Positions 19,001 through 30,300 of a stretch of 36,248 nt of DNA are shown here, piece after piece; the first letter of the stretch is position 1; every line of letters begins with the position of its first letter. The notes below the pieces were generated by a model. That model searched no databases and was not told the DNA's origin. It worked only from the letters and a program-made list of their open reading frames with translations. The stretch covers positions 1 through 36,248 of the IMG/VR virus record IMGVR_UViG_3300025103_000070. One strand, given 5' to 3'. Made by a program: the position numbers and the translations under genes. The stretch is from a virus (taxonomy: Duplodnaviria; Caudoviricetes).

Positions 19001-19885
19001 ACTGGTTTAATAAATCAATTAAACTCTTCCATTTATACTAGCGCAGGAAATGATACACCTGATAAATTAAGTGATTTTTCTATTATATTTGACGAAAGCT
19101 CTGCTCCTAACACAGATATAGTTAATACGGCTTTTGAAGCTTTAGACACTGGTGGTAATCAGATGGGAGATCAAACAGCAACAATGGTTTTAGATAAAAT
19201 AGTAAATGGTAATGGAGTTACAGTGCAAACAGGTAATTCAGGTGTGTTTGATCTTTATCAATTTAGTGCTGCTGCTCCTAGTGTGTCCCCAACATGGAAA
19301 ATAAGAACAGGTGTAGGGCAATATTTTTCTTTTCAACAAGATAGTGATGTTGTAAATAGTTATACTTTTTATGTAACCGCTACAGGTAATGGAGGTAGTA
19401 AAACTTTTAGGTTTTTTGGTTCGTTAAGTAACGCAACACCTATTATACATAGTGGTGTTACTCACGCTGGAGTTACAGTAGTGAGTGGTGATAGTATAAC
19501 GGTATCTAGCGCTATCGCTGCTGGTCCATCAACTAACGACTATATTCTTAAATTTACAGACTTTATAAACGGAACCAATGCAGCTAATCCTATCATACAA
19601 AACAAAGTAAATGGATGTACATTTTTTGTTGATTCCGTAACTAATGTAGCTGGCTCTATTGTAACGCCATCCTTTTTTAAAATTCTTAATGGAACATGGC
19701 CTGCAACATCTTTAACAGGTCCATTTCTTCCAATTTTAAAAGCGTCAAGTGCAAACGTACAAGGCACATGGATTGTTAAGATTAAACTTACGGATTGCTG
19801 GCAAATATTTGGTTCAAATCAAGGTAGTTATAGTAATCCACCTGCTTTACAAGGAGAGTTTGATGTTACAATAGAAATAACTTAA
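16043..19885 (+). CDS. Tail stabilisation / nozzle (muzzle) protein, N-terminal part, with inserted domains
   Basis: MNKDLDARILPEGEYRDAQNI, LLFWTDNRNQPRKINI, FSYRFKFDDGEYSLMAPFS, GNRIIYGNF and YQVGVVLVDRFGR are motifs of crAss-like tail stabilisation proteins. Confidence 0.75.
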   Translation: MPEIKSTFIKSKMNKDLDARILPEGEYRDAQNIAVSKSDGPDVGALENILGNISLTDFGLTDNNLKIIGHYEDMTSNRIFVFLTNYNDSSVDNLSNFALGGATDTSLPGSPTFGGSKCYICCYNILTGISNILVSGNFLNFSKTSPILGVDLIENLLFWTDNRNQPRKINIQKAIDDSTYYTTEDQISVSKYYPWEAITFLDNGNNSTLKNRSSEFLPYHTLSTISSIGGGPTYAITLTAPNSNISIGDKAYSPDVPEGGYAIVSGVGAMPPNTVTLVSSSGGILDPDTIGWNIGRLKTGNGQLTSSISSNTTGATNGTHSINLPNGGAGAVDGVTVTGSGEGGEITVHVSGGVVVKVDVNIAGKNYANGNTITFDATAVTWMDPASTDIIITLASVNDDFEANPSIYFAKPNPDYISTFPGDPEFLKDKFPRFSYRFKFDDGEYSLMAPFSQIGFIPDQGGCFMLGDESNTKTSGVVKFMENWVDTVGLNISLPSINTSFNELYKVDEIEILYKDSSSQGVYVVDSIKTDPESGFDRGGVTGVAITTAGTGYTNGIYTNIPTTGGTGVGLTFDLTIAGNAVTAVSVNSIGSGYTNGDLVSITLSTAGTVAILALTIGSFSNYIYWYESQKPYQVLPEKDLIRVHDKVPVRAAAQASSGNRIIYGNFYNKHTSPDYLNYELKLGEKNTIISGSNIKKELPNHTLKQNRSYQVGVVLVDRFGRSSNVILRQTLDNVNENYNNSTIFAPYTNAGASPYEWFGNSLKINFLDQIPATDSTPGYPGLYSTSNPLGWYSYKIVIKQQEQEYYNVYLPGALSGNIDWSGAKTSELTYSNGTFVSNIALFGENINKVPKETINVGPTDEIFGSKVQLYNRVMQVGPAATTSANSQSPPNGSAHDVTAIQQFRDLGSWTLEKVNLTTSPFCYPQSDPFFNVDDNPYIASLSTPFRVGYPTTDQINPYWNFAKNLIVYETNAVKSNLDIYWETTTTGLINQLNSSIYTSAGNDTPDKLSDFSIIFDESSAPNTDIVNTAFEALDTGGNQMGDQTATMVLDKIVNGNGVTVQTGNSGVFDLYQFSAAAPSVSPTWKIRTGVGQYFSFQQDSDVVNSYTFYVTATGNGGSKTFRFFGSLSNATPIIHSGVTHAGVTVVSGDSITVSSAIAAGPSTNDYILKFTDFINGTNAANPIIQNKVNGCTFFVDSVTNVAGSIVTPSFFKILNGTWPATSLTGPFLPILKASSANVQGTWIVKIKLTDCWQIFGSNQGSYSNPPALQGEFDVTIEIT

Positions 19886-19905
19886 CTAGGGTTAAAACTA
19901 CTTAA

Positions 19906-19919
19906 AACAAGTGATTATA
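19906..19919 (+). promoter_or_regulatory. Candidate phage late promoter AACAAGTGATTATA
   Basis: Exact repeat of 13776-13789, ending 4 nt before the ATG at 19924. Confidence 0.55.
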
Positions 19920-19923
19920 TATT

Positions 19924-21639
19924 ATGGCGACTGAAATAGAAATAAAATACTTTAACACTTTTTGGTTAAAAAAAGTTGTAGATGCTTCAGGTAATCCACT
20001 TTGGCCTGGGCTACCATGGAATCCTACGGATTATCCTGTTTTCCCGAGTACAGCAGATACTACAACAGCATATGACTGGATAATAGAAGAAGCGAGAATT
20101 GAAGGAGGATTTAATAATACTCCCACTAATTACGGTGTTAAAGCTTATTTAGTTGAAAGTAGCAATGAGCAAACACACAGGTATAATACTATGATTTACT
20201 CAGGTATTTACAATTCTACAACAGATGTAAATAATACAAATGTTTTTTCAGTTGGAGAAGCTATCACTAAGAGTGTAAACCCAGATAAAGGTTCTATTCA
20301 AAAACTATATGCAGAAGACACCAATTTAATTGTTTTTCAAGAAAATAAAGTTAGTAGAGCACTGATAGATAAAGATACTATATATACAACTGAAAGTGGT
20401 ACACAAACTCAAGCAGCAGCAACTGTTATTGGACAAGCTGTTCCTTATGTTGGAGAATATGGTATTAGTACAGATCCTTCTAGTTTCGCTGTATATGGTT
20501 ATAGAAAATATTTTACTGATAAAAATAGAGGATGCGTATTAAGGTTATCTAGAGACGGAATGACAGAAATAAGTAATTATGGAATGTATGATTACTTTAG
20601 AGATAATTTATCCACTATTTTGGATGGTTTTCAAGAATATGCCGTTACATACACTTTCGTTTTCCAATCACAGACTAGTGCAAGTGGAGGATTTGCTCCA
20701 TTGCAACCTTGGGAACCATATATAGATTTAGCTCTTACCGGTGTTGGTCCAGAACTAACAGATATTGAACCTGGTATGTTTATAGAAGCTAATGGAACTT
20801 TACTTGATCCATCTATATATGTTAAAGGAGTTAACACAGCTAATGGAAGAGTTTATCTAAGTGCTATACCACCTACAATTCCAGGCGGAGCTACTTTAAG
20901 ATTTATTAAGTATGTAAAAGATTCCATTCAAGGTAGTTGGGATATTCATCAAAGAAATTATACTTTATCTTTACAAAAAGCTAAAACTTCTACAACAATA
21001 CCTACTTATTCAACTTTATCATTTGATGAAAGCGTGCTTGGATGGACTAGTTTTTATACTTACAACCCTACATTTATGGGGAGTTTGAAGAATAAGTTTT
21101 ATAGTTTTTATAATGCTAAACTATGGGAACACTATGATGAACTAACCCCTAATAATAGAGGGTTATTTTACGATGTTAGAAGTGAAGCTAATGTTATATT
21201 TATTCTAAATAACAATCCATCTATAAATAAAAATTTTAATACCTTAGCGTATGAAGGTGGTAATGGATGGCAAGTAGATTATATAACCTCAGACGAAGAA
21301 GGTATAGATCCTACTATACCTCTTACCAATCCTTTAACTTACTCAGATAGTAATCAATATCAAGATTCTACAAATTCTATTAAAAGTTACGATGAAGGTA
21401 GATATTTAATCAATGGCGCTCCTTTTAGAGCTGGCTTTGATAGAAAAGAAAATAAATACGTGGCTAACTTAGTTAACGCAAGTTCAGTTAGACCAGGAGA
21501 AATTATCTTTGGTACAGCAGTCGGTGGTATAAAAGGTTATTTTGCAACAATAAAAATGTCAACTGACTCAAGTACAAATTTAGGAGGAATGAAAGAATTA
21601 TTCGCTGTTTCTTCTAACTTTGATGTATCATCTTATTAA
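19924..21639 (+). CDS. Tail stabilisation / nozzle protein, C-terminal beta-propeller part
   Basis: KGSIQKL, LIVFQENKV, GEYGISTDPSSFA, YFTDKNRGCVLRLSRDG, TLSFDE-x-x-x-GWTSFY, FDRKENKY and GIKGY. Confidence 0.7.
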   Translation: MATEIEIKYFNTFWLKKVVDASGNPLWPGLPWNPTDYPVFPSTADTTTAYDWIIEEARIEGGFNNTPTNYGVKAYLVESSNEQTHRYNTMIYSGIYNSTTDVNNTNVFSVGEAITKSVNPDKGSIQKLYAEDTNLIVFQENKVSRALIDKDTIYTTESGTQTQAAATVIGQAVPYVGEYGISTDPSSFAVYGYRKYFTDKNRGCVLRLSRDGMTEISNYGMYDYFRDNLSTILDGFQEYAVTYTFVFQSQTSASGGFAPLQPWEPYIDLALTGVGPELTDIEPGMFIEANGTLLDPSIYVKGVNTANGRVYLSAIPPTIPGGATLRFIKYVKDSIQGSWDIHQRNYTLSLQKAKTSTTIPTYSTLSFDESVLGWTSFYTYNPTFMGSLKNKFYSFYNAKLWEHYDELTPNNRGLFYDVRSEANVIFILNNNPSINKNFNTLAYEGGNGWQVDYITSDEEGIDPTIPLTNPLTYSDSNQYQDSTNSIKSYDEGRYLINGAPFRAGFDRKENKYVANLVNASSVRPGEIIFGTAVGGIKGYFATIKMSTDSSTNLGGMKELFAVSSNFDVSSY

Positions 21640-21650
21640 AAATAAAAATT

Positions 21651-22355
21651 ATGGGAAATCCAGCTTTAGCAATGTTAGCAATGAAAATGGGGCCAGACGT
21701 TATTGGAGGAGTTACAAGCTCTGTCCAAGCTCGGAAAGCTAGTAACACTCTTAAAGAGAAAGAAGAGTTAATGAAAAAGATTATGGATACTAGACAAGAT
21801 ATACCAAATCCAATGGATAATTATCAAGATCTAAGCGGTATGATAACTAATCCATATGCTAATTTATCTGTTGCTACTAAAGCTGCTGAGATGCAAGCGG
21901 AGGAAGCTGATATTTCCCTTGCTAATACATTAGATACTATGAGAGCTACAGGAGCTGGTGCTGGTGGTGCCACTGCTTTAGCACAGGCTGCTGCTAAATC
22001 AAAAGAAGGTGTTGCTGCTAGTATAGAGACACAAGAAGCTTCTAATGCGAGGCTTAAAGCACAAGGAGAACAAGCAGCGAATCAAGCGATGATGCAAGAG
22101 AAACAAAGAATGCAAACTACAGCAGATGCATCTCAGAAATGGATGTTTGGACAAACTGAAGCTAGAGAAGACGAACAAATCCAGTTTGCTGAAAAGCAAG
22201 CAGATAGAGCTTGGTCTGAAAAATGGCAATATAAAAACCAAGCGCGAGGGTATTGGGATAGCGCAGGAGACACATTATCATCAAGTGGAATTTCTACTTA
22301 TGGACAAGCTATGGGAGTAGATCCTAGTATAGTAGGGCAATTCATAGGAGGATAA
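21651..22355 (+). CDS. Internal virion / DNA ejection (pilot-like) protein
   Basis: 234 aa, Ala/Gly/Gln/Met-rich, with a hydrophobic Gly-rich N-terminus and a coiled coil. Follows the tail genes. Confidence 0.6.
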   Translation: MGNPALAMLAMKMGPDVIGGVTSSVQARKASNTLKEKEELMKKIMDTRQDIPNPMDNYQDLSGMITNPYANLSVATKAAEMQAEEADISLANTLDTMRATGAGAGGATALAQAAAKSKEGVAASIETQEASNARLKAQGEQAANQAMMQEKQRMQTTADASQKWMFGQTEAREDEQIQFAEKQADRAWSEKWQYKNQARGYWDSAGDTLSSSGISTYGQAMGVDPSIVGQFIGG

Positions 22356-22375
22356 TTTTTAAAATTTAATTACTA

Positions 22376-24325
22376 ATGGCATATAAATATCAAACTAGAA
22401 ACTGGGCTATTCCAACTAGCAAGTCTACTCCAAATAAAGAAGCTAAAAGATTAAATAGTCAATATCAAAAAAATATAAACGCTTTAAATAAGCTAAGACA
22501 GACTGACATTACAGAAAGACAAAGAACATTAAAAAAGTTTAGTGACACTGAAAATAGTTCCACTAATCAAGCTTTTAATAATAGAACAGATGCTTTCTTC
22601 TTGCAGAATGGGCAAGAATATAGTGATATAGCCATGGGCATGGGAGCGTCTGGAGGTAATGTTATTGATCCTGCTGAAGGTGCAGCTGCTCAAAACGCTT
22701 TAATGCAAGAATTAGAAATATGGCAAACATTTGTTGGTTTAAGTAATGGTTTAATTCCAGACTTAGAAAAAGCATTCGCCCAAGGCGGAGGAGACATTGG
22801 AGCTTTAGTTACAGATGCTAGGATAAATGATATAGAAATGTTAGGGATGATCCATAACTTATGGAATAATCCAGAGGGAATGGAGTTAGTAAGAGAAGAT
22901 GGAACATTGACATTAAAACAAGATTTAGGTGATGGTAATATAAAAACTCTTAATTTAGAAGAGTTTAATTCCATATATGAAAGCGCTGAGGAAATAGCAA
23001 TGACTATCAATGATCCAAGTGATTTAATGAAAGAAGGAGTGGAAGGAACAAAAACCTTAGTAAGTGGATGGGCTAGTCAAAAAACGGAGAAAGTATATAA
23101 TCCTGAAACAGGTCAGTATGAAAAGCAAACTTGGGACATGGTTGATGTGGACAAACTAAAGAATGGTATGCTAGAAAAAGGTGTTTGGGATACAGTGATG
23201 AACAATAGTCTATCAGCACCTGGGTATTGGGAGTATTTAAGTAAAAATTATGAAGGAGATAAAAAAGGTTGGAATCCTGAATGGATAGGTAGTGGTCCCG
23301 GAGCAACCAGTGATGAACAATTGTCGTTAGAAGAACTTAAAAGAAATTTTCCTAATAGATCTAAAGAAGAATACTTAGCAATGCAACAAAGTAACTATAC
23401 TGTAGAAGCTTTGAAACAACGTGAACAATTTGCAAATGCATGGAGCGATATAGCTATTAATAAAAATGTTCCTACAGAAGCTCAATTAAAATCTACTGAA
23501 ACTTGGTATAGCGCTGGTCAGGAAGCTTCTATGTATAATGCTCGTCAGCAACGGATAATAGCTGAGTTAGATGAAAAACATTATCAAGAATTTAAAGGTG
23601 GTATTGTAGGTCAATTAGGTAGAGATGAAGGTATGTCACGTGAGTTATTTGAATTACCTGAAGGAGGAAAAGAAAGAGCGGATAGATTAATGGAGGAATT
23701 AAAAGAACTCGATAATGACATGGGTTATGATGATGTTTATGAAATCGTGGAAGATGATGGTGTTTTTAGTGTAATGAAATTACAATATAATACTGACGGG
23801 GCTAAAATTGATTCAAAAAATATGAGCGAGAAATTCCTTAGTCCTAGATCTTATAGAAAACATCTTAACACTAGACTATTAGAAAATGCGAGTGCAGCAG
23901 AAAAAAATAAAATTAAAGATATAATAAATCAGTATGATACATACTTGCAAGAGTCTAACAAACCTTCTTCGGCCAAACCTTCTTCAAGTTCTTCAAAATC
24001 TCCTTTTAATGCTACTAATATACTTAACCCTACATCATCAGATGAGAAAAAACCCAAAGTTTTAAAAGAAGAAGAAGAAGAAGAAAAAACAACTTCCTCA
24101 GATCCTCAACAGTATAGTAAAAGTGAAATTAGCGAATTCAACAATGCTAACAGTAAAGAGGAGATTTTAGAAAGTACAGTGTTTGAGAATGAATTAGATA
24201 AAATAGTTAGAGATTATCATGGGGAAAGTGGATCGAGACAAGCTTATAGAAATTCTAAAAAAGCAAGAGATAAAGCATTTAAAAATGCTAAAATTTTATT
24301 AATGAAAGAATATTTTGAAGATTAA
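22376..24325 (+). CDS. Probable internal virion / ejection protein
   Basis: 649-aa helical protein between the pilot-like gene and the giant gene. The call is positional. Confidence 0.5.
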   Translation: MAYKYQTRNWAIPTSKSTPNKEAKRLNSQYQKNINALNKLRQTDITERQRTLKKFSDTENSSTNQAFNNRTDAFFLQNGQEYSDIAMGMGASGGNVIDPAEGAAAQNALMQELEIWQTFVGLSNGLIPDLEKAFAQGGGDIGALVTDARINDIEMLGMIHNLWNNPEGMELVREDGTLTLKQDLGDGNIKTLNLEEFNSIYESAEEIAMTINDPSDLMKEGVEGTKTLVSGWASQKTEKVYNPETGQYEKQTWDMVDVDKLKNGMLEKGVWDTVMNNSLSAPGYWEYLSKNYEGDKKGWNPEWIGSGPGATSDEQLSLEELKRNFPNRSKEEYLAMQQSNYTVEALKQREQFANAWSDIAINKNVPTEAQLKSTETWYSAGQEASMYNARQQRIIAELDEKHYQEFKGGIVGQLGRDEGMSRELFELPEGGKERADRLMEELKELDNDMGYDDVYEIVEDDGVFSVMKLQYNTDGAKIDSKNMSEKFLSPRSYRKHLNTRLLENASAAEKNKIKDIINQYDTYLQESNKPSSAKPSSSSSKSPFNATNILNPTSSDEKKPKVLKEEEEEEKTTSSDPQQYSKSEISEFNNANSKEEILESTVFENELDKIVRDYHGESGSRQAYRNSKKARDKAFKNAKILLMKEYFED

Positions 24326-24339
24326 TTAAATTAAATTTC

Positions 24340-27300
24340 ATGGATGAAGATTATTTGAGTAATATATACAACGGTTTAGGTGGTGAAGATTTTTTCGGAA
24401 AATACGATGATTTTACGACTTTAATAACATCAGACAATGAGTATAGGAAAAATATTCACAATCATTTTGGAAAAAATGTATTAGGTACTTTTAATGATTT
24501 TACACAATTAACAACTGGTAATGCAATAGAAGAAAAAGGAAATTATTATGGTGATGAAGGTATAATAGAAAAAACAACCGTTACCACACCACAACCTGAC
24601 GCAGAATGGAAACCTAAGTATGCGAGTTCTTATTATAAATCTCTTCCATTGATGGATGAGGAAAGATCTAATTTTGAAGAATGGTTAGAAAAAGATAGTA
24701 GAGAAGCTTTACCTGAAGAAGTTGAAGCTGAAAGAAGAAAAAAAGATACTGAAGTATTAGATATAAATCAACAAATTGAATTAGGTTTTAATGTTCCTTT
24801 ACAACCTATTGAAGTGGGAAGAGATCCGCTTACAGAGGATGTTGAAAGAAGAAAAAATTATTTATACAATGATGAAGAATATCTTTCTTTAGATAGATAT
24901 GTTAATGATGATATTCCAATTATAGAAGAAGAGGAGGAAGAAGATGGGTATTATACTCGAGCATTAGATTTTATAGAAAATGATCCTAGAGCTTTAGTTT
25001 TACCACCAGTTTTAGGAATGAAAGGTTTAGAACTACTAGGTGATGGAGTTGGAAGTGTGCTAGATGGTGTTAGATATTTAATAGGTAAACCAACTAGTAT
25101 AGTAGGGGCAACTGATACAGAGATTGACGCAAGTGATGAAACTCTTAAGCAAAGAGGTGCTCAACTTAAAACTGATCAAATAAATAAAGCGATAAGAGAT
25201 GGTGTAGGAACAAAAGTAATTTATATTATGGAGGATGGTCAATTAACTCCTCACGTATCTAAAAATACTAATGTCACTAAAGCAGACATCGTAAAAACTG
25301 AACAATTAGTTAGAGATCACCAAAGTGCGTTAAATGTTCAACGATTGAGTGATAATGAGCAAAAAATTTTTTACAAGCAAAAGGAGTTAGAAGAATTACC
25401 AGAATGGGATGATGTAAGAAAAAAGGAATTAACTCAAGAGATTGCAAAGTTGAGTGAAGAAGAAGGTGGTAGTAATAAAATATTTGCAGAAGATGGATCT
25501 TATATAGACAAATCAAAAGCTACGCCAAGTGATAAAGAAGCTAATGAAAGTATAACTCAAGAAGCTAAAGAGCAATATATTCTTACAGATCTTCAAAGTA
25601 TGATTAAAGCTCAAGATGAATTATCGATGAAAATTCTCTATCTTGCAACAGAAATTGATAAAGATCCAGATGTTATAGATAAAGGGATGAGTTTTTTAGA
25701 AGTTCTAGGAGATGCATATCAAGAATGGGAGAGTGAAGGAAACCGTTTATATAATCTTAGTTTTTTACCTGGTTTTGGAGATGATCCCCGTTTAAAAGAA
25801 AAACAAACTAGAGATATTGGTCTACTTGGAGCGTGGCAAGATGAAGATCTTATATGGAAAAACGATAAAGAGATTATTAAGAAAATGGTGGAAGGATATT
25901 ATGTTGATCCTTCTTTAAGTTATTTACCAGGAAAAAGCAATGTTGCAACAAAGTTTAATGATTTACTACACCAGTATAATGTAGTTAATAGAGCTATTCA
26001 ATTAAACATGGATCCAACTCAAAATGTAGATAATGATTTGATAGATAATCTAGCTACAACAGGAGCTGGGTTTGCAGAGTTTGTAACTCCTAGTAGGGTA
26101 GAAACGGATAGATCTGATGCAAGAGCTTTTATTAACTTTGCTAAAGATGATGTTGGTATAAACATAAGCGAGAGACAATTAGAGATTTTAGAAGGTAGTG
26201 CTGGTGAGATTGCTGCTCATACCATTCCTGAAGTAACTAAAATAATGGGGGAGTTTTTTGTTGCTAGAAAAATGGTTGGTCCAGCTAGAATAAAACAATT
26301 AGGCTCAGTAATCACCGCTTTAGGTGCTAATAAACCTAAAATAGTTAGAAGAGCTTTAAATGTGAGTGCAGCTATTATAGAAGAAGCAGTCGCTATTCAA
26401 GCAGTTAATACGGCTATTAGACCAGTAACTGGGGAAGAGGACATGAGTTTAACTTGGGCAGTTGGTGCTGGAGTTGCAGGTTCGTTTTTTAAATATTTTT
26501 CCCCTGAAGCTATTGAAGGTATTTGGACTGCTAATAATAAAGTTGTTAACAGATTAATAACTACAATAGGCTCTTCAGAAACTGCTAAAATGTTATCTTC
26601 TCAATTAATTCAACCGGCTATAGGTACAGGCGTAATGATAGCAGGAGAGATAAGTGAAGGATTGTTAAAGGGAAGAGGTTTTAGTGATACTATGAAAGAG
26701 GCTTTATTAGAGCAAGAAAGTAGAACTGGAGAATTTAATGTTAATTGGGATAAACTTATTGGAACATGGGGAGCTTTATGGGCTATGCAAATTGCTAAAG
26801 CACCTGTTAATATAGTTCGTCAACCTTTGAAAGCTATTGAAGCTGATATATTAGCTTTAGGTAAGAAGACAAGATTTACTAAGCAGGCAGCTAAAGAGTT
26901 AGGTATTGAATCTAACTACGTGGAAAAAGATGCAGAAGGAAATTATAAAATAACAGAAGATTATATACAGCAAAAATATAGGGAAAAGATACAAGAATTA
27001 GCTAATGATAAAACTTTATCTTCTAAAGAAAAATCAGAGAAATTCAAAAAACTTAATAAAAGCTATAGACAATTAAATAATCATAGACAATACTTAGATG
27101 TAAAAAAAGCTATCACTGACCAACAAGGAGGAAAACAGCTATGGGCGGATCAATATGTAGCTAATATGAATCTAGGTTATGGAAGAAAATTAAGTGGATT
27201 AGATATAGAAGCTTTAGGAAATACACCTAGCGCGAAATTAACTAAACTATTAGTTGAAGATCCTTACAATCCTTTGTCTTCTCAAAAAAATTCTCAATTA

Positions 27301-30300
27301 GCTAATTACATTTATAAAGTAAGAAAGTATGCTGAAACATTAAGTAGTGAAGCTAATTTAATTGTTGCTTCTCAAGGCGGGCTAAGAGGTAAAGCTAGAA
27401 CTAAGTATTTTGATGAAGCTTTAAAAAGAGATAATGTAAAAAATGAAATTACAATTTTAGATGGGTTACTTAAAAAGAAAAAAATAAGTGAAAAAATCTA
27501 CAATGAAAAGAAAGGTGAATTAGAAAAGCAACTAGAAGGTATTGAGTCTAATATAGATAAAATAACAGATGATTTTACAACAGAATTAAAAAGTTCTGAT
27601 AAATTTAAAAAAATATCTAAACCTATAATTGAAAAAGCTAAAGAAGCAGGGTTTGAAATTATCGAAGATAAAACATTAGAAGGTGAAGCTGAAATAGGAG
27701 GAGGAAGATTTAAATATAATCCAGATAAAGCCCCAGAATTCTTTACTTTAGGAGTACATGAAGTAGGTCACCCTATCGTGAATAAAATGCTTGAAGGTAA
27801 AACTCAAGCAGAAAAAGATTCATTTGTACAAGAGTTCAAAAAAATACTTCCAGAGAAAACTTATCGTATGATAGAAGAAAGACTCTTAGGAAGACAAAAT
27901 GTAAAAGACTATAAAGAAAATCCAAATACAGTGGAATGGATGAATGTATTTTTGGATCTTACCAGTAGTGGAGCTTTAAAATACGAAGGTAATTTCTTTG
28001 ATAAAGTAGGGGATTTTCTTAATAAATATAAGAAAGGTAAAGACTATAGTTTAGATTTAAATTTTGAGAGTCCAAAAGAGGTATATGAAAACCTAAAAGC
28101 GTTTGCCGAAGCAGCTGGTAAAGGGAAAGCTGCAGTTGGGGAAAAAGGAGAAATGCTCGTAGAAGCTTTGAAGAAAGCTCCACAGATGGAAGGGGTACAG
28201 CGTTCTATGACTGAAAAAGAAATTAATAAATTTACTAAAACTGAAGAAGGTAAACCAATGACACAAGTAGAGTGGTTTGAGTTTACTGGAAAAATGAACG
28301 ATAAAGGAGATTTAGTTAATCAAGAAAAGATAGGGAAAGCTTTTGAAGGATTGATAAATTCTAAAATTAAAGGTGATAAAAATCAACCCGGATGGATATT
28401 TGGAGATAATGCTAAAAAAGATATTATTGATGATTTTAAGTTTAGATTAAGAAAAAAAGGATTTTATGATAGAAAAATAGAAGAATTTAATCCAGAAAAA
28501 AATGATAACTTTTCTGGTTATATGTCTAGTATAATTCACAATGTCTATAAAGATGTATTAGCAGCGAATAAAAAAACAATTCCAACTGTATCTAGAGATA
28601 TACAAGTAGAAGGTAAGACAATGCCTGAAGCTGAATCTAAAGATCTTGATCCTTCTCAATTAGCAGATATTGCTTTAGAAAAAGAAAGAAAAGCTAAAGC
28701 AGCGAAGAATAAACCTAAAGAAACTATTGCTTCTAAAGTAGGAATGCCCCTTAAGATTAAAGAAAGAGGTAAGGAAATAGATTCTGAAAAATATATTGAA
28801 ACTGCGGCTGAAAAAGTAGATTATAGAAAATTACCAGAAATTTCAACTCCTCCTGGTCCTAATCAAACTATCCCTCCATTTCTTAGTAAATTAAAGTCTC
28901 AAATTGCTACCTCTAGAAAATATAAAGAAGAAGTAGCTCAATCTATGGGAACTAGAAAAGACTACATGGATTATCTAGATAAAAACTTTGAAAAAATAGT
29001 TAAAAATTTACCACCATCATATTTTTCTGGTTTAATAGAAAGAGAAATAAAAAGTGGTAAAGAAGTATCATTACCTAAAAACCTGATTCAAAAAGATACT
29101 GGTAAAGGGTATACTTCTAACTGGCAAGGAAAGAAAGCTGTAGGAACTAAAGCCGCTAAAACAGGTATTACTTCAGGTCTTCAAAGAATAAGATTAAATC
29201 CTAATTTTGATTTTAAAAATAAAGCTAATATTGAAGCATTTCAAAAAGCTTTTAAATCTCAAGGAAGAAAAGAAGGATTAGCCGGACAAGTAGCTGCTAA
29301 AGGTGTAATTGATTATCTACAAGAAAAGTTAGGAACAGGAAGTAAAATAGATAGACAATTAAAAGATATTTATGAACTTCAAGGAAGAGAATTACCTAAA
29401 GATTATGCTACACAATTTAAACAACAAATTGCTAAATCTGAAGTTGAAAGATCTTTTACTGATGAGAAAAAATTACGTCAAGAAGAAATTCAAAAAAGAT
29501 TATCATCTTTAAAAAAGCATCCTTTATTTATTAAAGAAATGCAGGGTATGGCAAATGCTATTAAAACATTAGCAGACAAACTAGAGTTAACTATACCTAA
29601 AGAGATTGGAAAAGATGGAACAGTAAGAGATCCTATTGGTCAACAAAAACTATATGAGTTAGCTACTAATATTTTACCTTTATATTACGGTGAAAGTATA
29701 CTAAGCGGTTCTACTTGGAGTAATACTAAGCTGGGAAAAGGAATGTGGTTTTCTAGTGACTTAAGATCAAAAGCTTTAAGCGACTTTAGATCTAATATAA
29801 AAAATGAATTAAAAAGAGAAAAAATAGAATTAATAAATTCTGGCATGAAAAGCCCAGGATTAGATCCTATGAAAACTTCATCATTTAAGGCGCGAGGTAA
29901 AGAAAGCAAATGGATAGAAAATGTAGATAAAAATTATAAAGGATTAGATTTATTCGTAGATCAAACATTTAAAATGTTGAAAGAAAATCCAGATTTTTTA
30001 GGAGAATTTTTAGCTATGATGAAAGGATCTTCAGCAGCTAGCACTCATTTTTGGAGAAATTTTGCTCAAGTAATCGGAAAAGATTTAAGCTGGAACATCG
30101 ATAAACAAGGAGGAATAGGAGAACATGCTTTAGTTCAAAATCAAGCAGGAGAATTCATGACTAAAGCTGTATTAGAATCTATAGCTCGTGACAATCCTAA
30201 AGCAAAAAACATTGCAAAAGAACTATTAAATGAAAACTATTTTCAAATTTTAATAAGTCATGCAAACGATGGCATGTTAAAACAAATAGGATTACAATCG

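Noticed and set aside
22126-22320. 64-aa +1 ORF in the pilot-like gene
   Set aside because: The host frame has few Leu/Ile/Val codons, so an open +1 frame is expected by chance.
23960-24090. AAACCTTCTTC duplication and (GAA)6 run in the 649-aa gene
   Set aside because: This is an ordinary low-complexity linker with no sign of phase variation.
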